Notes under the pieces: model-generated
Told to the model about the DNA's origin: nothing
The model's input: only the letters and a program-made list of their open reading frames with translations
Database searches by the model: none
From: Cyanobacteria bacterium P01_A01_bin.123
GTDB lineage: Bacteria; Cyanobacteriota; Cyanobacteriia; Phormidesmidales; Phormidesmidaceae
Reading direction: 5' to 3'
Assembly: GCA_039815185.1 (NCBI GenBank)
Contig: JBCBZT010000005.1
Location: forward strand, 96,001-160,000
Length of the DNA stretch: 64,000 bases
Shown: one piece after another, positions 1-9,799 of the stretch
Layout: every line of letters begins with the position of its first letter
Position numbering within the stretch: position 1 is the first letter of the stretch
Program-made: the position numbers and the translations under genes

Positions 1-169
1 CTAAATAAGGCTTGGTGGGGCCCATCTTCACAGCGACCCCCATGATGACAATGTGAGCCGCGATGGGTAAAACTATGGCGGTTGAGTGTTGCGCTCCCTG
101 AGCGATTAAGGTTATGGGGAGCGCGATCGCTGCGCTTAAGACTGCACCAGCAATAGAAATCCGTTTCAT
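1..169 (-). CDS. 5' part of a probable secreted protein, running off the window edge
   Basis: ATG at 169; open frame MKRISIAGAVLSAAIALPITLIAQG... looks like a signal peptide. Confidence 0.5.
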   Translation of the reverse strand, partial: MKRISIAGAVLSAAIALPITLIAQGAQHSTAIVLPIAAHIVIMGVAVKMGPTKPYL

Positions 170-266
170 CGCATCCGCCTGATCGGAGATGGGTATTTAT
201 CCTTCATCCTGTGCGCTGCACCTTGGCCAACCGCGTTAATGAATGGCATCCATTCCTTATCTCCCA

Positions 267-305
267 TTAAATGTGTCACATCCTCTGACGTTGTGACACA
301 TTTAA
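267..305. promoter_or_regulatory. 14-bp perfect inverted repeat (operator-like) just before the RBS of the sigma-like gene
   Basis: TTAAATGTGTCACA-N11-TGTGACACATTTAA, then AGGAGGA and ATG at 316. Confidence 0.55.
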
Positions 306-315
306 GTAGGAGGAC

Positions 316-927
316 ATGAACCCCATGAGTAATGAGGTCTACGACCAGCTTGAACGCCTGAATGAAGTCATTAAGAGTGCATTATCACCCAAGGAGAGTG
401 GAACTTCGAGAAAGCTAATTCTATTTATACGACGCTCGTTGAATCAGGTAGGACTGTATAACGAGTGGAGCGAACACGAAATTCTACTTGAGGCTTACTT
501 GCGGACGCATGAGCGTATCAAGGCGGGAGAGGTGATCGATAATCTGCCTGGGTATTTGAATCGTGTTTCTCATTTTCTGATTCTTGAGAAAAACAAGCAC
601 AGACGGCGGAGACAAAATATTCGCCAAAAACTTTCTGGCTTCACGTCTGAAACGATGTTTTTCCCAGAAATTTCTTACCTAGATGGCGTCGGTACTGACA
701 CGGTTAACTTTTTGCTAGCTGCCTTTGAAGCTTTGTCAGAGAGAGACCAGCAAATCTTAGTGCTGCGGACAGTAAAGGGGTATTCCTGGAAAGAGATCGC
801 CTACTCAATGGTAGAGAATGGAATAGCAGAGGAATGTACAGATAGCTTAGTTGCAAAGTTGAGAAAACAAGGTGAAAGAGCCTTGGATAAACTCAGGAAA
901 AGGATGCTGTCTGTCGATAATTCATAA
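316..927 (+). CDS. sigma-70 family (ECF-like) sigma factor
   Basis: Region 4-like LSERDQQILVLRTVKGYSWKEIA; region 2-like EILLEAYLR...YLNRVSHFLILE; strong RBS. Confidence 0.7.
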   Translation: MNPMSNEVYDQLERLNEVIKSALSPKESGTSRKLILFIRRSLNQVGLYNEWSEHEILLEAYLRTHERIKAGEVIDNLPGYLNRVSHFLILEKNKHRRRRQNIRQKLSGFTSETMFFPEISYLDGVGTDTVNFLLAAFEALSERDQQILVLRTVKGYSWKEIAYSMVENGIAEECTDSLVAKLRKQGERALDKLRKRMLSVDNS

Positions 928-992
928 TGGCTTGAAAGAATTGGCGGATAGTCAGCCCAACAACTATTTAGATAAGGATTGGTATAGTTTTG

Positions 993-1622
993 ATGCAGCC
1001 AGAGGAAGCCCAAAATTTTAGAGCCTCATTCAATGCTTCTTCAAAAGAATGTAGAAAGGCTCTTACTGAATATTATGAACTGGCCAGATTGCCAGAGTTA
1101 TCTGAGGAGCAAGCTATTAGGCTGCACAATATCCTTGGAATGGCAGAGTTAGATGAAACCGTGGGGTTTCTCATCAATGAAATTGATGAGCTGACCTTTC
1201 AAGAGTTAGGGTTCTATGAAGAAGAGTTTCAAGCTCATTTTGAGAATGAGGTATCCAATATTCAAGAGTTTATTCTTGATGGTGCTGAACGTAGAACATT
1301 GTTGCTTTCTGCAATCGCAAATCAGGTTAACCCTAGCAGTGCCAGGCAGGATATTTATTCTAACTACAGCTATCCCCGGCTAGAAATGCTGCTCGATACT
1401 GGCCACGCTGTACGCACGGATCTCCAGAAGCTGGTTTTTTCAGACGAAGTTTTGTTTTGTTCTAGAGAGATGGGCTTCTATCTGCGTAAGCACCAAGATA
1501 GACGCGATCGCGCCTTACCTTGGTATAGACCTGGGTCAATTCTCAACTTCTTGAAAGAGGAATCCATCTCCCTATTGGCTGCCGCTTCTTTGACGCTCTT
1601 AGTGTGCTTGATAATCTTTTGA
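993..1622 (+). CDS. hypothetical protein with C-terminal TM helix (possible anti-sigma partner)
   Basis: Long ORF directly after the sigma gene; hydrophobic C-terminus. Confidence 0.6.
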   Translation: MQPEEAQNFRASFNASSKECRKALTEYYELARLPELSEEQAIRLHNILGMAELDETVGFLINEIDELTFQELGFYEEEFQAHFENEVSNIQEFILDGAERRTLLLSAIANQVNPSSARQDIYSNYSYPRLEMLLDTGHAVRTDLQKLVFSDEVLFCSREMGFYLRKHQDRRDRALPWYRPGSILNFLKEESISLLAAASLTLLVCLIIF

Positions 1623-1647
1623 TCTAATTTTGATAGCTTTTATAAAC

Positions 1648-1699
1648 GTGGCGGAAGCTGATGAAGTACGATACATCAGCTTCCGTCACATTGTTTTTT
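1648..1699 (+). terminator. intrinsic terminator
   Basis: GTGGCGGAAGCTGATG-N10-CATCAGCTTCCGTCAC followed by TTGTTTTTT. Confidence 0.7.
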
Positions 1700-1741
1700 C
1701 TGCGGACACATATTATTAGAAGTCATTAAAACTATTTGCGT

Positions 1742-1948
1742 ATGTCATACACTATCCATGAAGATCGTCAAAACCTGCAAATCTGTCCCAAGTGTGGAAA
1801 AGCGGCCCTAGCTCAACCTAGGGAAAATCTTTATCGCTGCCTATGGTGCGGATTTGAATCCGATATCTCTGGAACGACTTTAAGGGTTCCATCTTTCATT
1901 CTATTAATAGTTTTTGTCGTGATTGTGATCATCTTTTTGCAAGGATAG
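1742..1948 (+). CDS. small zinc-ribbon membrane protein
   Basis: CPKC...CLWC plus C-terminal TM helix. Confidence 0.65.
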   Translation: MSYTIHEDRQNLQICPKCGKAALAQPRENLYRCLWCGFESDISGTTLRVPSFILLIVFVVIVIIFLQG

Positions 1949-1983
1949 TTTGGTTGCAACAATTCAAGTTGCTTTCAGTTGAA

Positions 1984-3549
1984 TCAAGTTTGAGGAATGC
2001 TGAGATGATGTCCACCACGACGAAAATCTCCGGCCCCAGTAATCGTGCCGTCGTCATTAACGGTCACCGCATGAACACCGCCAAAAAACATGTTGGGTTG
2101 ACTCCACCACAACCAGTCATTGACGGGCCAATCTCCAATCTCGCCAATGGCCTCTCGATCAAATCCCGGTTCTAAATTAAAGGTTTCTCGTTCCCAGTGG
2201 ATGCGGGGGGCGACTACAGCCTCAGCAATGGGCAAGTGAAAATCCACCACGTTTGAAATTACCTGCAAAATAGCCGTGCGAATCCGGTTGGCACCACCAG
2301 AGCCTAGGGCAATTTGGGCCTGACCATCTTTGAGCACCAAAGTTGGGGCCATCATTGATGAAATCCGCTGGTTAGTCTGCCACTGATGAAACCCATGGGG
2401 GTTGAGATCTTCTTCACCCAGCATGTTGTTCACCATAATCTGAGTGCCCGGAATCACATAGGACGAGCCTTCTCCATTGGACGTGGTTACACTGGCCGCG
2501 TTGCCGTCGCTATCGATGACGCTGACATGGGTGGTGCTGCCCCATTTATTCACCTGTTGCTTAAAGTCGTGCCAGTAAGGTGCAGCATGGTCTGAGGAGA
2601 GGAAAAAATCAGCCACGTTCTCTTGGTACAAGTTGGCATCAAATCCGTCTCGGCGAGCTACGTTGGTCAGTCGCATGGCCTCCACCAGGGTGCGGAGATG
2701 GTCAACGCTGCCGGGGGTAAATTGGCTCAAATCGGTTTGACTCAGTAGACTCAAGGCGAAGGCGATTAGCGTTCCACCAGAGCTGGGAGGTGGATTAGTT
2801 AGTAGGGTGTTGCCTCGGTAATTGAGACGCAGCGGCGATCGCTCGATCACTTGATATTGATCAAAATCAGCCTGGGTGAGGTAGCCCCCTTGCGCAGCGC
2901 AGGCTTGCACAATATGGTGGGCAAAATCACCCCGATAAAATCCATCAATACCGCTTTGGGCTAGATTTGCCAGGGCTTCGGCCATCGCTGGTAGGCAAAA
3001 TCTATCGCCGACTTTGAGTAAATCCCCCCCTGGTGCATAGATATCGCGAGTGGCGGCATTCGCCATCAAAATGGGCTCCAAAAGAATAAAGGAGTAAGCC
3101 CGAAAATCATCGACGATGACCCCAGTTTCGGCTAGCGCGATCGCAGGTTCAACTAGGATTTTGAGCGGTAGTCGCCCGAGGCGCTGGTGGACGTGAAGCA
3201 GTCCGGCAAAGTTACCCGGAGTAGCCATTGACCCCAAGCCAATGTGAAACTCTTGCACGGTGTCGCCAAAGTTGGCGTTGACCGGATAAAAGTCGATGGG
3301 ATTAGCCCCAACTTTGCTGCAGGGAGTTTGCGTGAAGAAATCGAATAAAACGTCTTCTCCCTGGGCCGTGTGGGCTAATAGGAAACCGCCGCCGGCAACG
3401 GAAGTGAGCGTTGGCTCTGCTACGAAGGAGGCAAACACGGCGGCGATCGCGCTATCAAAGGCATTGCCCCCTGCTGCTAAGATTGATGCCCCAGCTTCAG
3501 CGACTTTTGGATGTCCCGCTGCAATCGTGCCTTGACACGTTTCTGTCAT
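1984..3549 (-). CDS. ggt: gamma-glutamyltransferase
   Basis: GGNAFDSAIAA, TTHVSVID (catalytic Thr), SSMMAPT, GSGGANRI motifs. Confidence 0.93.
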   Translation of the reverse strand: MTETCQGTIAAGHPKVAEAGASILAAGGNAFDSAIAAVFASFVAEPTLTSVAGGGFLLAHTAQGEDVLFDFFTQTPCSKVGANPIDFYPVNANFGDTVQEFHIGLGSMATPGNFAGLLHVHQRLGRLPLKILVEPAIALAETGVIVDDFRAYSFILLEPILMANAATRDIYAPGGDLLKVGDRFCLPAMAEALANLAQSGIDGFYRGDFAHHIVQACAAQGGYLTQADFDQYQVIERSPLRLNYRGNTLLTNPPPSSGGTLIAFALSLLSQTDLSQFTPGSVDHLRTLVEAMRLTNVARRDGFDANLYQENVADFFLSSDHAAPYWHDFKQQVNKWGSTTHVSVIDSDGNAASVTTSNGEGSSYVIPGTQIMVNNMLGEEDLNPHGFHQWQTNQRISSMMAPTLVLKDGQAQIALGSGGANRIRTAILQVISNVVDFHLPIAEAVVAPRIHWERETFNLEPGFDREAIGEIGDWPVNDWLWWSQPNMFFGGVHAVTVNDDGTITGAGDFRRGGHHLSIPQT

Positions 3550-3925
3550 TAAATTATCCCCACCCCCCGGATTTAATCATTGAGACGCAAGTGCTAAATT
3601 GTAGAACCAGAGTTAGTAAATTGCTTTAAAGATTGCGCTCAAAACTGACGACATAAAGCTTGAATCCTCTGCCAAATCATAGTCATGGCAGGTCACAGTT
3701 CGGTTTAAATAGAGCGGAATCTCATTAATTTTTAAGGTTTTTATTCACCTTCCAAGCGCTTAAATGCCAACAACCATCGCGGCTTACAGCGTGTTGTCCC
3801 CATTATTAAATGCTTCGAGTCATGCTGAACGGTTCTGCTAGAGCAGCATGGGCTAAGCCCTTTGCAACTCAATGCGGTGGATCTGACAGCAACCACAATC
3901 CTATTTCCCACGGAGATTTTCTAAC

Positions 3926-4795
3926 ATGCAGTTTCATGCTGGCTTATTTGCTGCGATCGCATTAGGGAGTTTCTCGCTCGTAGCTTGCACCAACGCACCC
4001 CCCTCGACTGCCCCCTCTGCAGATACCCCTGAAGCCGAGGCTACCGACGCAACCCCTGCTGAATCTAGCGATGTGGGTAACCTTGCCGTTCGCGCCAACG
4101 GGGAAGATTTTGTCCGTCAAGGGTTTGTCTCTAAAGACGGCTGGCAAATCAGCTTTGACCATGTCTATGTCAATTTGACCGAAGTCACTGCCTATCAAAG
4201 CGACCCTCCTTTTGACCCCGATGGTGATGTCTCCCCAGAAGCCACTGTAGAAACTCTCCTGATCGACGAAAAGACGGTGGATCTCGCGGCAGGAGGCGAT
4301 GCCGCTGAACCGATTCTGGTGAGCGAAGTCGCTGCTCCACCCGGACGCTACAATGCCCTAGCTTGGAAGATGGTACCCGCCAGTGATGGGCCTGCTGCTG
4401 GGCAAACCCTACAGCTCATCGGTACGGCTGAAAAAGAGGGCCGCACTGTTAACTTCATTCTCAATGTTGATCAGTCTTACACCTACGTTTGCGGTGACTA
4501 TGTGGGTGCAGCCCGCAAAGGGATACTTGAGGCAGGGGGAGATGCAGATTTAGAAGCCACTTTCCACTTTGACCATCTGTTTGGCGACGGGGAAGCGCCC
4601 CCCGATGACGCCATCAATGTGGGTGCGTTAGGGTTTGAGCCCCTCGCAACCCTAGCTGCAGATAACTCCCTTGAGGTCGATATGGCTACGTTGGAGACGC
4701 AATTTTCTGATGAAGACTATACATTGTTAGAAACTGCACTTATTGGCCTAGGACATGTTGGGGAAGGCCATTGTGCAGAAACCACAGCGTCCTGA
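3926..4795 (+). CDS. lipoprotein (DUF4382-like), likely metal-binding partner of the Co/Ni ECF system
   Basis: Lipobox LVAC; HFDH and GHVGEGHC motifs; first gene before cbiM. Confidence 0.65.
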   Translation: MQFHAGLFAAIALGSFSLVACTNAPPSTAPSADTPEAEATDATPAESSDVGNLAVRANGEDFVRQGFVSKDGWQISFDHVYVNLTEVTAYQSDPPFDPDGDVSPEATVETLLIDEKTVDLAAGGDAAEPILVSEVAAPPGRYNALAWKMVPASDGPAAGQTLQLIGTAEKEGRTVNFILNVDQSYTYVCGDYVGAARKGILEAGGDADLEATFHFDHLFGDGEAPPDDAINVGALGFEPLATLAADNSLEVDMATLETQFSDEDYTLLETALIGLGHVGEGHCAETTAS

Positions 4796-4893
4796 GTCTA
4801 TGCAGCATTGAGCCGCTAAATTTGGAGCTCTAACTCTGGAGTATCGAATGGGCTGCTGCAAGTGCTACTGATGTCAATCAATTAGAAGAACTA

Positions 4894-5382
4894 ATGACAA
4901 GGGTAAAGCAACGTGGTTTTCGACCGAACCGCTGGTTATGGGGCATCGTCACTGTTGGGACTGTTTTAGGCCACGCACCCTCGGTTACAGCCCATGGGGT
5001 CAGCATTCAGCACCAAATGACCCGCGAAGTTAAAATTCAGGCCGTTTATGACTCGGGCGAGCCGATGGCTGAAGCCCAGGTTTCGGTGTATGCCCCTGAT
5101 GCTCCCCAAACACCATGGACAACCGGAAAGACGAACGAACAAGGAGAGTTTGAGTTTGCACCAGACAGTACTTTAGAAGGTGATTGGGAAGTCCAGGTGC
5201 GCCAAGCGGGACACGGGGATATCGTGACGATTCCCATCACCTCAACGGCAGAGACGACGATGCAGGCCAGTGTTGTGCAAGCTAGTGGTGGGCATACCCC
5301 AGCTCAGCTGGTATTGATGGGAGCCGCAGGGATTTGGGGGTTTGTGGGGACGGCCTTGTTTTTCTCCCGGAGGTCAGCTTAG
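4894..5382 (+). CDS. carboxypeptidase-regulatory-like domain accessory protein of the Co/Ni transporter
   Basis: Signal peptide ending AHG; YDSGEPMAEAQVSVY...GKTNEQGEFEF; C-terminal TM; adjacent to cbiM. Confidence 0.75.
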   Translation: MTRVKQRGFRPNRWLWGIVTVGTVLGHAPSVTAHGVSIQHQMTREVKIQAVYDSGEPMAEAQVSVYAPDAPQTPWTTGKTNEQGEFEFAPDSTLEGDWEVQVRQAGHGDIVTIPITSTAETTMQASVVQASGGHTPAQLVLMGAAGIWGFVGTALFFSRRSA

Positions 5383-6024
5383 ATGCACATTGCCGACGGG
5401 ATTTTGCCCGCCCAAATTGCGATCGCAGGGTATGCCGGTACTGGATTGGTCACCTGGTACAGCCTCCGCAAAATTAATCAGCTACCCAACCCCCAGGCTC
5501 AAATTCCCAAAGCTTCGCTGCTGACAGCCGCGTTCTTTGTCGCCTCTTGGATTCATATTCCAGTGCCGCCCACGAGTGTTCATCTGATTTTGAATGGTTT
5601 GCTGGGGACTGTACTGGGTTATTTTGCCTTTCCGGCTATCCTGACTGGACTGTTATTTCAGGCCGTTATGTTTCAGCATGGGGGGTTATCCACCCTCGGG
5701 ATTAACGCGTTGATGATGGGCATACCGGCGATCGCAGCCCACCATATTTTTCAACTCCGGTATCAGTTTAAGTCATTGCCAGCTTGGAGCTTGGGGGTAT
5801 TTGGCTTTTTGTCGGGGGCTTTAGGATTGGGGCTAGCCGTTGTTATTTTCTTTGGATTACTGGTGACGCATCTGGCAGCAGGGCTAGACGCTCAAACTGA
5901 AACCGCAGCGATTATTGGGTTATGTCTAGCCCATATTCCTGTGGTGATGCTTGAGGGGATCTTTACAGCCCTTTTGGTGACGTTTTTTAACCGAGTCAAG
6001 CCAGAGTTGCTGCCATCGCCATGA
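5383..6024 (+). CDS. cbiM: Co/Ni ECF transporter substrate-binding component
   Basis: N-terminal MHIADG signature; SVHL...G; FQHGGLSTLGIN. Confidence 0.95.
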   Translation: MHIADGILPAQIAIAGYAGTGLVTWYSLRKINQLPNPQAQIPKASLLTAAFFVASWIHIPVPPTSVHLILNGLLGTVLGYFAFPAILTGLLFQAVMFQHGGLSTLGINALMMGIPAIAAHHIFQLRYQFKSLPAWSLGVFGFLSGALGLGLAVVIFFGLLVTHLAAGLDAQTETAAIIGLCLAHIPVVMLEGIFTALLVTFFNRVKPELLPSP

Positions 6025-6785
6025 AGCTAGGACTCGAACACTTTGCCCACCTCAACTCGCCCATTCACCGCTGGGCACCAGTGCCTAAACTGCTAGGCTT
6101 AGGAACGTTGATTTTCGCCTTTTCCAGTGTGCAGACTTTGATCGTGCTGCCAGGGATGATGGTGATCACAGCTGGCTTATTTAGCCTGTCAAGGTTGCCC
6201 TTGACCTTTTGGTGGCAGCGGTTGAAGTTGCCGGGGTTATTTTTAATCGGATTAGTGATTGCATTGCCCTTCATTTCGGGGGAAACGCCCATTTTTCAAT
6301 GGGGAATTCTACGACTCTATGGGGAAGGTCTCCAGGCTGTTGTGCTAATTTCTGTGCGGTTTGTTTGTATTCTCACCCTAGGGTTAATTTTGTTTGGTAC
6401 GGCCCCTTTTTTAAACATGATTACTGCCCTACGCAGTCTGGGCTTACCGCCGCTATTAGCCGATATGATTTTACTGTCTTATCGGTATATTTATGAGATT
6501 GGTGACTATTTCCAATCCATGAGGAAGGCTGTGAAGCTGAGGGGCTTCCGCAGCGATCGCCCCAATCTCAAAACCCTCAAAACCCTTTCAGCTCTGGCGG
6601 GGAGTTTGATTATTCGCAGCTATGAGCAATCTGAACAAGTGTATAAAGCGATGCTGATGCGGGGGTATGGGCAAGGGGCAAGCGTAGCTGAGCGTGCTCG
6701 CTTTTGTAGCCAAGACTGGGCGCTATTGGGGGTAACCGTAGGGAGTGCGATCGCAATACTTTTAGCAGAAGTTTTACTTGGATAA
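6021..6785 (+). CDS. cbiQ: Co/Ni ECF transporter T component
   Basis: NSPIHRW.P..KL; YRYI; LRGF and MRGY motifs; ATGA overlap with cbiM. Confidence 0.93.
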   Translation: MKLGLEHFAHLNSPIHRWAPVPKLLGLGTLIFAFSSVQTLIVLPGMMVITAGLFSLSRLPLTFWWQRLKLPGLFLIGLVIALPFISGETPIFQWGILRLYGEGLQAVVLISVRFVCILTLGLILFGTAPFLNMITALRSLGLPPLLADMILLSYRYIYEIGDYFQSMRKAVKLRGFRSDRPNLKTLKTLSALAGSLIIRSYEQSEQVYKAMLMRGYGQGASVAERARFCSQDWALLGVTVGSAIAILLAEVLLG

Positions 6786-6941
6786 TGATTCTAATAAAGG
6801 ATGTAGTGGACAATAGTGATAGCAGCAGTACACCATCGGTGTAATCCAAACACAGGTCTACAGCTATGGCAATCTGCTCCTAGCGGTAAGGGCTTCTTCA
6901 AGTTCTGAACCATTGTCTTTTTCAGTACTCGATTAACCTGT

Positions 6942-8171
6942 ATGAAGATTCCAAGTCTCAATCGTGACCAACAGAAATTTCTATTTGTACTGAGTATTGC
7001 AGTTATTTATATAACACTCGTAGCCTGGCTTAATTTCTTACAAGGCCCTACCTGGTGGGATGAAAAACACTTCTGGGAAACGAGCCTAACATTTAGCGAT
7101 CGCCTGGTGCCTAGCATTAATGATTTGAGAGATTATGGCGAGCTGAATACGCCGCTGCCATTCATTATTTTTGGTGCTCTAGAGTATTTCTTCCATCAAG
7201 GGATATTTGCAGGTCGTCTGCTAAACCTGATTTTATCCCTCAGCATGGTCTTTATTATCGGTTGGCCTGCTCGAGGAAAAGGTGGACGAGCTATTTTGTG
7301 TCTAATTGGTCTATTCCTGTGCCCCTATTATCTCTGGTTGAGTGGGCGTTTATATACGGAGATGATCACCAGCTTTTGGGTGATGATGGGATTTGTCGCG
7401 TACGTTCGAAATCGGCATTTTCTGAGTTGTGTTGCCTTCATATTGGCGATCGCATCGCGGCAGTATATGTTAGCTTTTCCCGTTGCAATTATGGCTTATG
7501 AGCTTATGGTTGCCATACTCAAAATCATCCGCCGTCGTGGGATTATTCTAGTTGAACCGTGGAGGTGGTTAGCTCCCCTAATAGCTTCTGCGTCAATTTT
7601 GGGATGGTTCTATTTATTTGGAGGATTGGCACCTGCAACGGGCATAACGGTTCGTGATACACCTGAACTACAAGAAACAATTTGGGCTGTAACACCCGGT
7701 GGCATCATCAATTTTTTGTCCTTCGTTGGTGTCTATATCGTCATTCCAGAATTCATTCTATTTCAGCCTCAGAATAGACTCCAAGCGTTGAAGCCGAAAT
7801 GGCGTAAAGTCATCTGTATTGCAGTAATTTTGTTGCTATTTCTACTTGTATTTCCCCCATTATTTGGCGGTTCAGGCAATATCAATAAACTTGCTAGATT
7901 ATTGCCTTATGACATTCTGAAACTCATCTTCTACTATTGTCTATCTCTGCTAGCCTGCATTCGATTCTCCCAGCCCGATCTAATTTCAACGGTTGTTTTA
8001 TTTAATAGCTTAGTAATGATGAAGGCGCATTCTTGGGATCGATATATATTACCCCTGGTGATCGTTTTCTGGTATCTAAAGTCAACGGGGCTTGCAGAAG
8101 AACTTAATATCTTTAAACAACAAGATAAAATGCTAATCAAAGAGGATGGTGTAACAAAACTCCTCAACTAA
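6942..8171 (+). CDS. polytopic membrane glycosyltransferase (GT-C/ArnT-PMT-like)
   Basis: WWDE after the first TM; many TM helices; RQY and RYILP motifs. Confidence 0.65.
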   Translation: MKIPSLNRDQQKFLFVLSIAVIYITLVAWLNFLQGPTWWDEKHFWETSLTFSDRLVPSINDLRDYGELNTPLPFIIFGALEYFFHQGIFAGRLLNLILSLSMVFIIGWPARGKGGRAILCLIGLFLCPYYLWLSGRLYTEMITSFWVMMGFVAYVRNRHFLSCVAFILAIASRQYMLAFPVAIMAYELMVAILKIIRRRGIILVEPWRWLAPLIASASILGWFYLFGGLAPATGITVRDTPELQETIWAVTPGGIINFLSFVGVYIVIPEFILFQPQNRLQALKPKWRKVICIAVILLLFLLVFPPLFGGSGNINKLARLLPYDILKLIFYYCLSLLACIRFSQPDLISTVVLFNSLVMMKAHSWDRYILPLVIVFWYLKSTGLAEELNIFKQQDKMLIKEDGVTKLLN

Positions 8172-8726
8172 AATAAGATCTACTTGCTTAAAGCCCTTAA
8201 TTTCAAAAACTTGGTTTTGTTAAATCAGAGATATTTTTCCTAGATAGCAACCACCAAGTCTAATCTCATTGGATTATCAAGGACGAATCTCTAGCAGCTT
8301 CAGCATAGTTTTATACCAAGTCTGCTCATGAACTTGTCAGGCAGCAAGACTACATCGATATTGAGACAGCCCTGACGGGAACAAAATGACGAGTAAATCC
8401 GTCTGCCGGGAAATTGCTTATCGATACTGCAATAACCTTGCTATAACGTCTGACAAAACCACTACGGAAGCTGGAGATCTGCCGTCTAGTTATAAATAAA
8501 TAACCTGCCCCATCAAGATTACGTAAAGTTTCGATGAATATACGGAGAAATATCTTGCAAAATTCCAGATAAAAGTTTTAGCTATATCTTTATACAAGCC
8601 ATAGACCTTAGTGTTGAATTGCATAAACGCCTATTGGCGTATTTTTAACGGGATTTTTAAGGCTAGGGCACCAAGGCATTCTTTGCTTTTTTTGAAGTGA
8701 TGGTTTAGCTTTTACCAACCATAGTA

Positions 8727-9746
8727 ATGTCTTCAATCAGTGTTTCAGTTGTGATTCCCGTTTACAACGGCGGGAAAGATTTTCGACTATGTTTAACCAG
8801 CGTCCGAGCAAGCCTGCGTACCTCTGATGAACTTATTGTGGTGTCTGATGGTGATACGGACTGCTCTTGGTGTGTGGCAGAGGAATTTGGCGCCAAGGTA
8901 CTGCGGCTAAGGGATCAAGGTGGGCCTGCCCGAGCTAGAAATGTTGGTGCCAAGGCAGCTCAAGGGGCTATTGTGTTCTTCGTGGATGCTGATGTCACGC
9001 TCTATCCCGATACGTTGAGTTTGATTGAACAGCGGTTTCAGCAGCAGCCAGACCTGGCCGCGCTGATTGGTTCCTATGACGATGCGCCAGGTGCCAGCAA
9101 CTTTCTTTCTCAGTACAAAAATCTGTTTCATCACTACACCCATCAGGCATCTCTGGAAGTTGCCTCTACTTTTTGGGGGGCATGTGGGGCGATTCGTCGG
9201 TCGGCCTTTCAGGCAGTGGGTGGATTTGATGAAAGTTACCGCAAACCCTGCATTGAGGATATTGAGTTGGGCTATCGGCTCAAACAGGCAGGTTACACGA
9301 TCCACCTATGCAAAGATATTCAGGTAAAGCACTTGAAGCGATGGGAGCCAATATCCTTGCTAAGGGCAGAGATTTTCTACAGAGCATTACCTTGGGCAGA
9401 GTTGATTCTGCGCGATCGCCGCTTGGATGCTGACCTGAATCTCAGCCACACCAATCGTGTAAGTGTTTTACTTGTATTTGCCCTGGTTGGGAGTTTAGGG
9501 GCTGGTGTCATGATCCCTTGGTTATGGTTGGTTACTGCGGTTTCAGCGCTGGGGCTACTGGTGATCAACCTAGATGTCTATCGGTTTTTTTACGATAAAC
9601 GGGGACTGCTATTTACTTTGCGAGTGATTCCTTGGCACTGGTTTTACTTCCTCTATGGCGGTGCCGCCTTTGCCTATAGCATTTTGAGGTACTACGTTAG
9701 ACCGCTTGCATCTACCCGAGCCCATGGTGGACTGGGGAGTTCGTAA
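8727..9746 (+). CDS. glycosyltransferase family 2 with C-terminal TMs
   Basis: SVVIPVYN, GPARARNVG, FVDAD, GGFDE, EDIELG. Confidence 0.92.
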   Translation: MSSISVSVVIPVYNGGKDFRLCLTSVRASLRTSDELIVVSDGDTDCSWCVAEEFGAKVLRLRDQGGPARARNVGAKAAQGAIVFFVDADVTLYPDTLSLIEQRFQQQPDLAALIGSYDDAPGASNFLSQYKNLFHHYTHQASLEVASTFWGACGAIRRSAFQAVGGFDESYRKPCIEDIELGYRLKQAGYTIHLCKDIQVKHLKRWEPISLLRAEIFYRALPWAELILRDRRLDADLNLSHTNRVSVLLVFALVGSLGAGVMIPWLWLVTAVSALGLLVINLDVYRFFYDKRGLLFTLRVIPWHWFYFLYGGAAFAYSILRYYVRPLASTRAHGGLGSS

Positions 9747-9799
9747 ATCGAGATGGTGTCTATGCCACTAAAGCTCAGAACATTAATAACTGGAGTCTC

